In this document: positions 63,650 through 64,000 of the stretch, in pieces
Layout of the letters: every line of letters begins with the position of its first letter
Numbering within the stretch: the first letter of the stretch is position 1
NCBI RefSeq assembly: GCF_963506605.1
Contig: NC_083288.1
Location: 47,926,001 to 47,990,000, forward strand
Reading direction: 5' to 3'
Length of the DNA: 64,000 nucleotides
DNA from: Zootoca vivipara
Taxonomy: Eukaryota
Notes under the pieces: generated by a model
Seen by the model: the letters and a program-made list of their open reading frames with translations, nothing else
Told to the model about the DNA's origin: nothing
The model's database searches: none
Made by a program: the position numbers and the translations under genes

Positions 63650-64000
63650 CTGGACGCAGGGAGGCGGGGGGGGGGCAGGGATGGGCAGAAAGAAGCGAGG
63701 GAGAAGGACAGGCGTTAGCAAAGCACAACAAACAGCAGGGCTTTCATCACCACACACACCCATACGCCTTGTTGAACGCTTCTTGTGGAATCAGAGGGAC
63801 ATAACACAATAAGAGAGCCTTCCCAGACCAGGCTCATTCTCCAACGTCCACCCTCCATGTTTCTGGAGGTCCCCTGCTCAGTTTTCACACCCATCCTTGG
63901 TGCCCAACCTCTGCTCTCAGATTTTTGGGGTGACTCTTTCTGAGCTTGTGATCTGCAAGGCCCACATTCTTGGAATACCATAGCAGTGGCTCATTCGGAA

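Overview
Vertebrate genomic DNA, most likely a lacertid lizard (Sauria SINEs, Bov-B, squamate-type hAT MITEs), in the block orthologous to human 14q11.2. Gene order, with exon models built by hand from GT-AG sites and phase checks: PRMT5 exon 1 (-), tRNA-Arg(ACG) (+), HAUS4 (-, 9 coding exons, 356 aa), C14orf93 (-, 6 coding exons, 482 aa), PSMB5 (-, 3 exons, 284 aa), intronless thymoproteasome subunit PSMB11 (+, 254 aa) and the last exon of CDH24 (-). AJUBA, which lies between HAUS4 and C14orf93 in human, is not detectable. I found no convincing wholly new biological system. The best leads are: (1) a very young full-length Mag-type Ty3/Gypsy element (identical 376-bp LTRs, 5-bp TSD, tRNA-Ser PBS, one 1356-aa ORF) inserted in sense orientation in a HAUS4 intron; (2) a Penelope-derived minimal hammerhead ribozyme downstream of HAUS4; (3) a periodic array of YY1/THAP1-type composite sites at the PSMB5 start; (4) a beta5t S1 pocket less polar than the mammalian one; (5) unusual insertion scars, including a locally templated inverted 36-bp capture and a 75-bp duplication around a 3'-truncated SINE; (6) an orphan CpG island with a CTCF site and promoter-like and structured elements between PSMB11 and CDH24. 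Protein identities come from my recollection of the human sequences; no database search was run.
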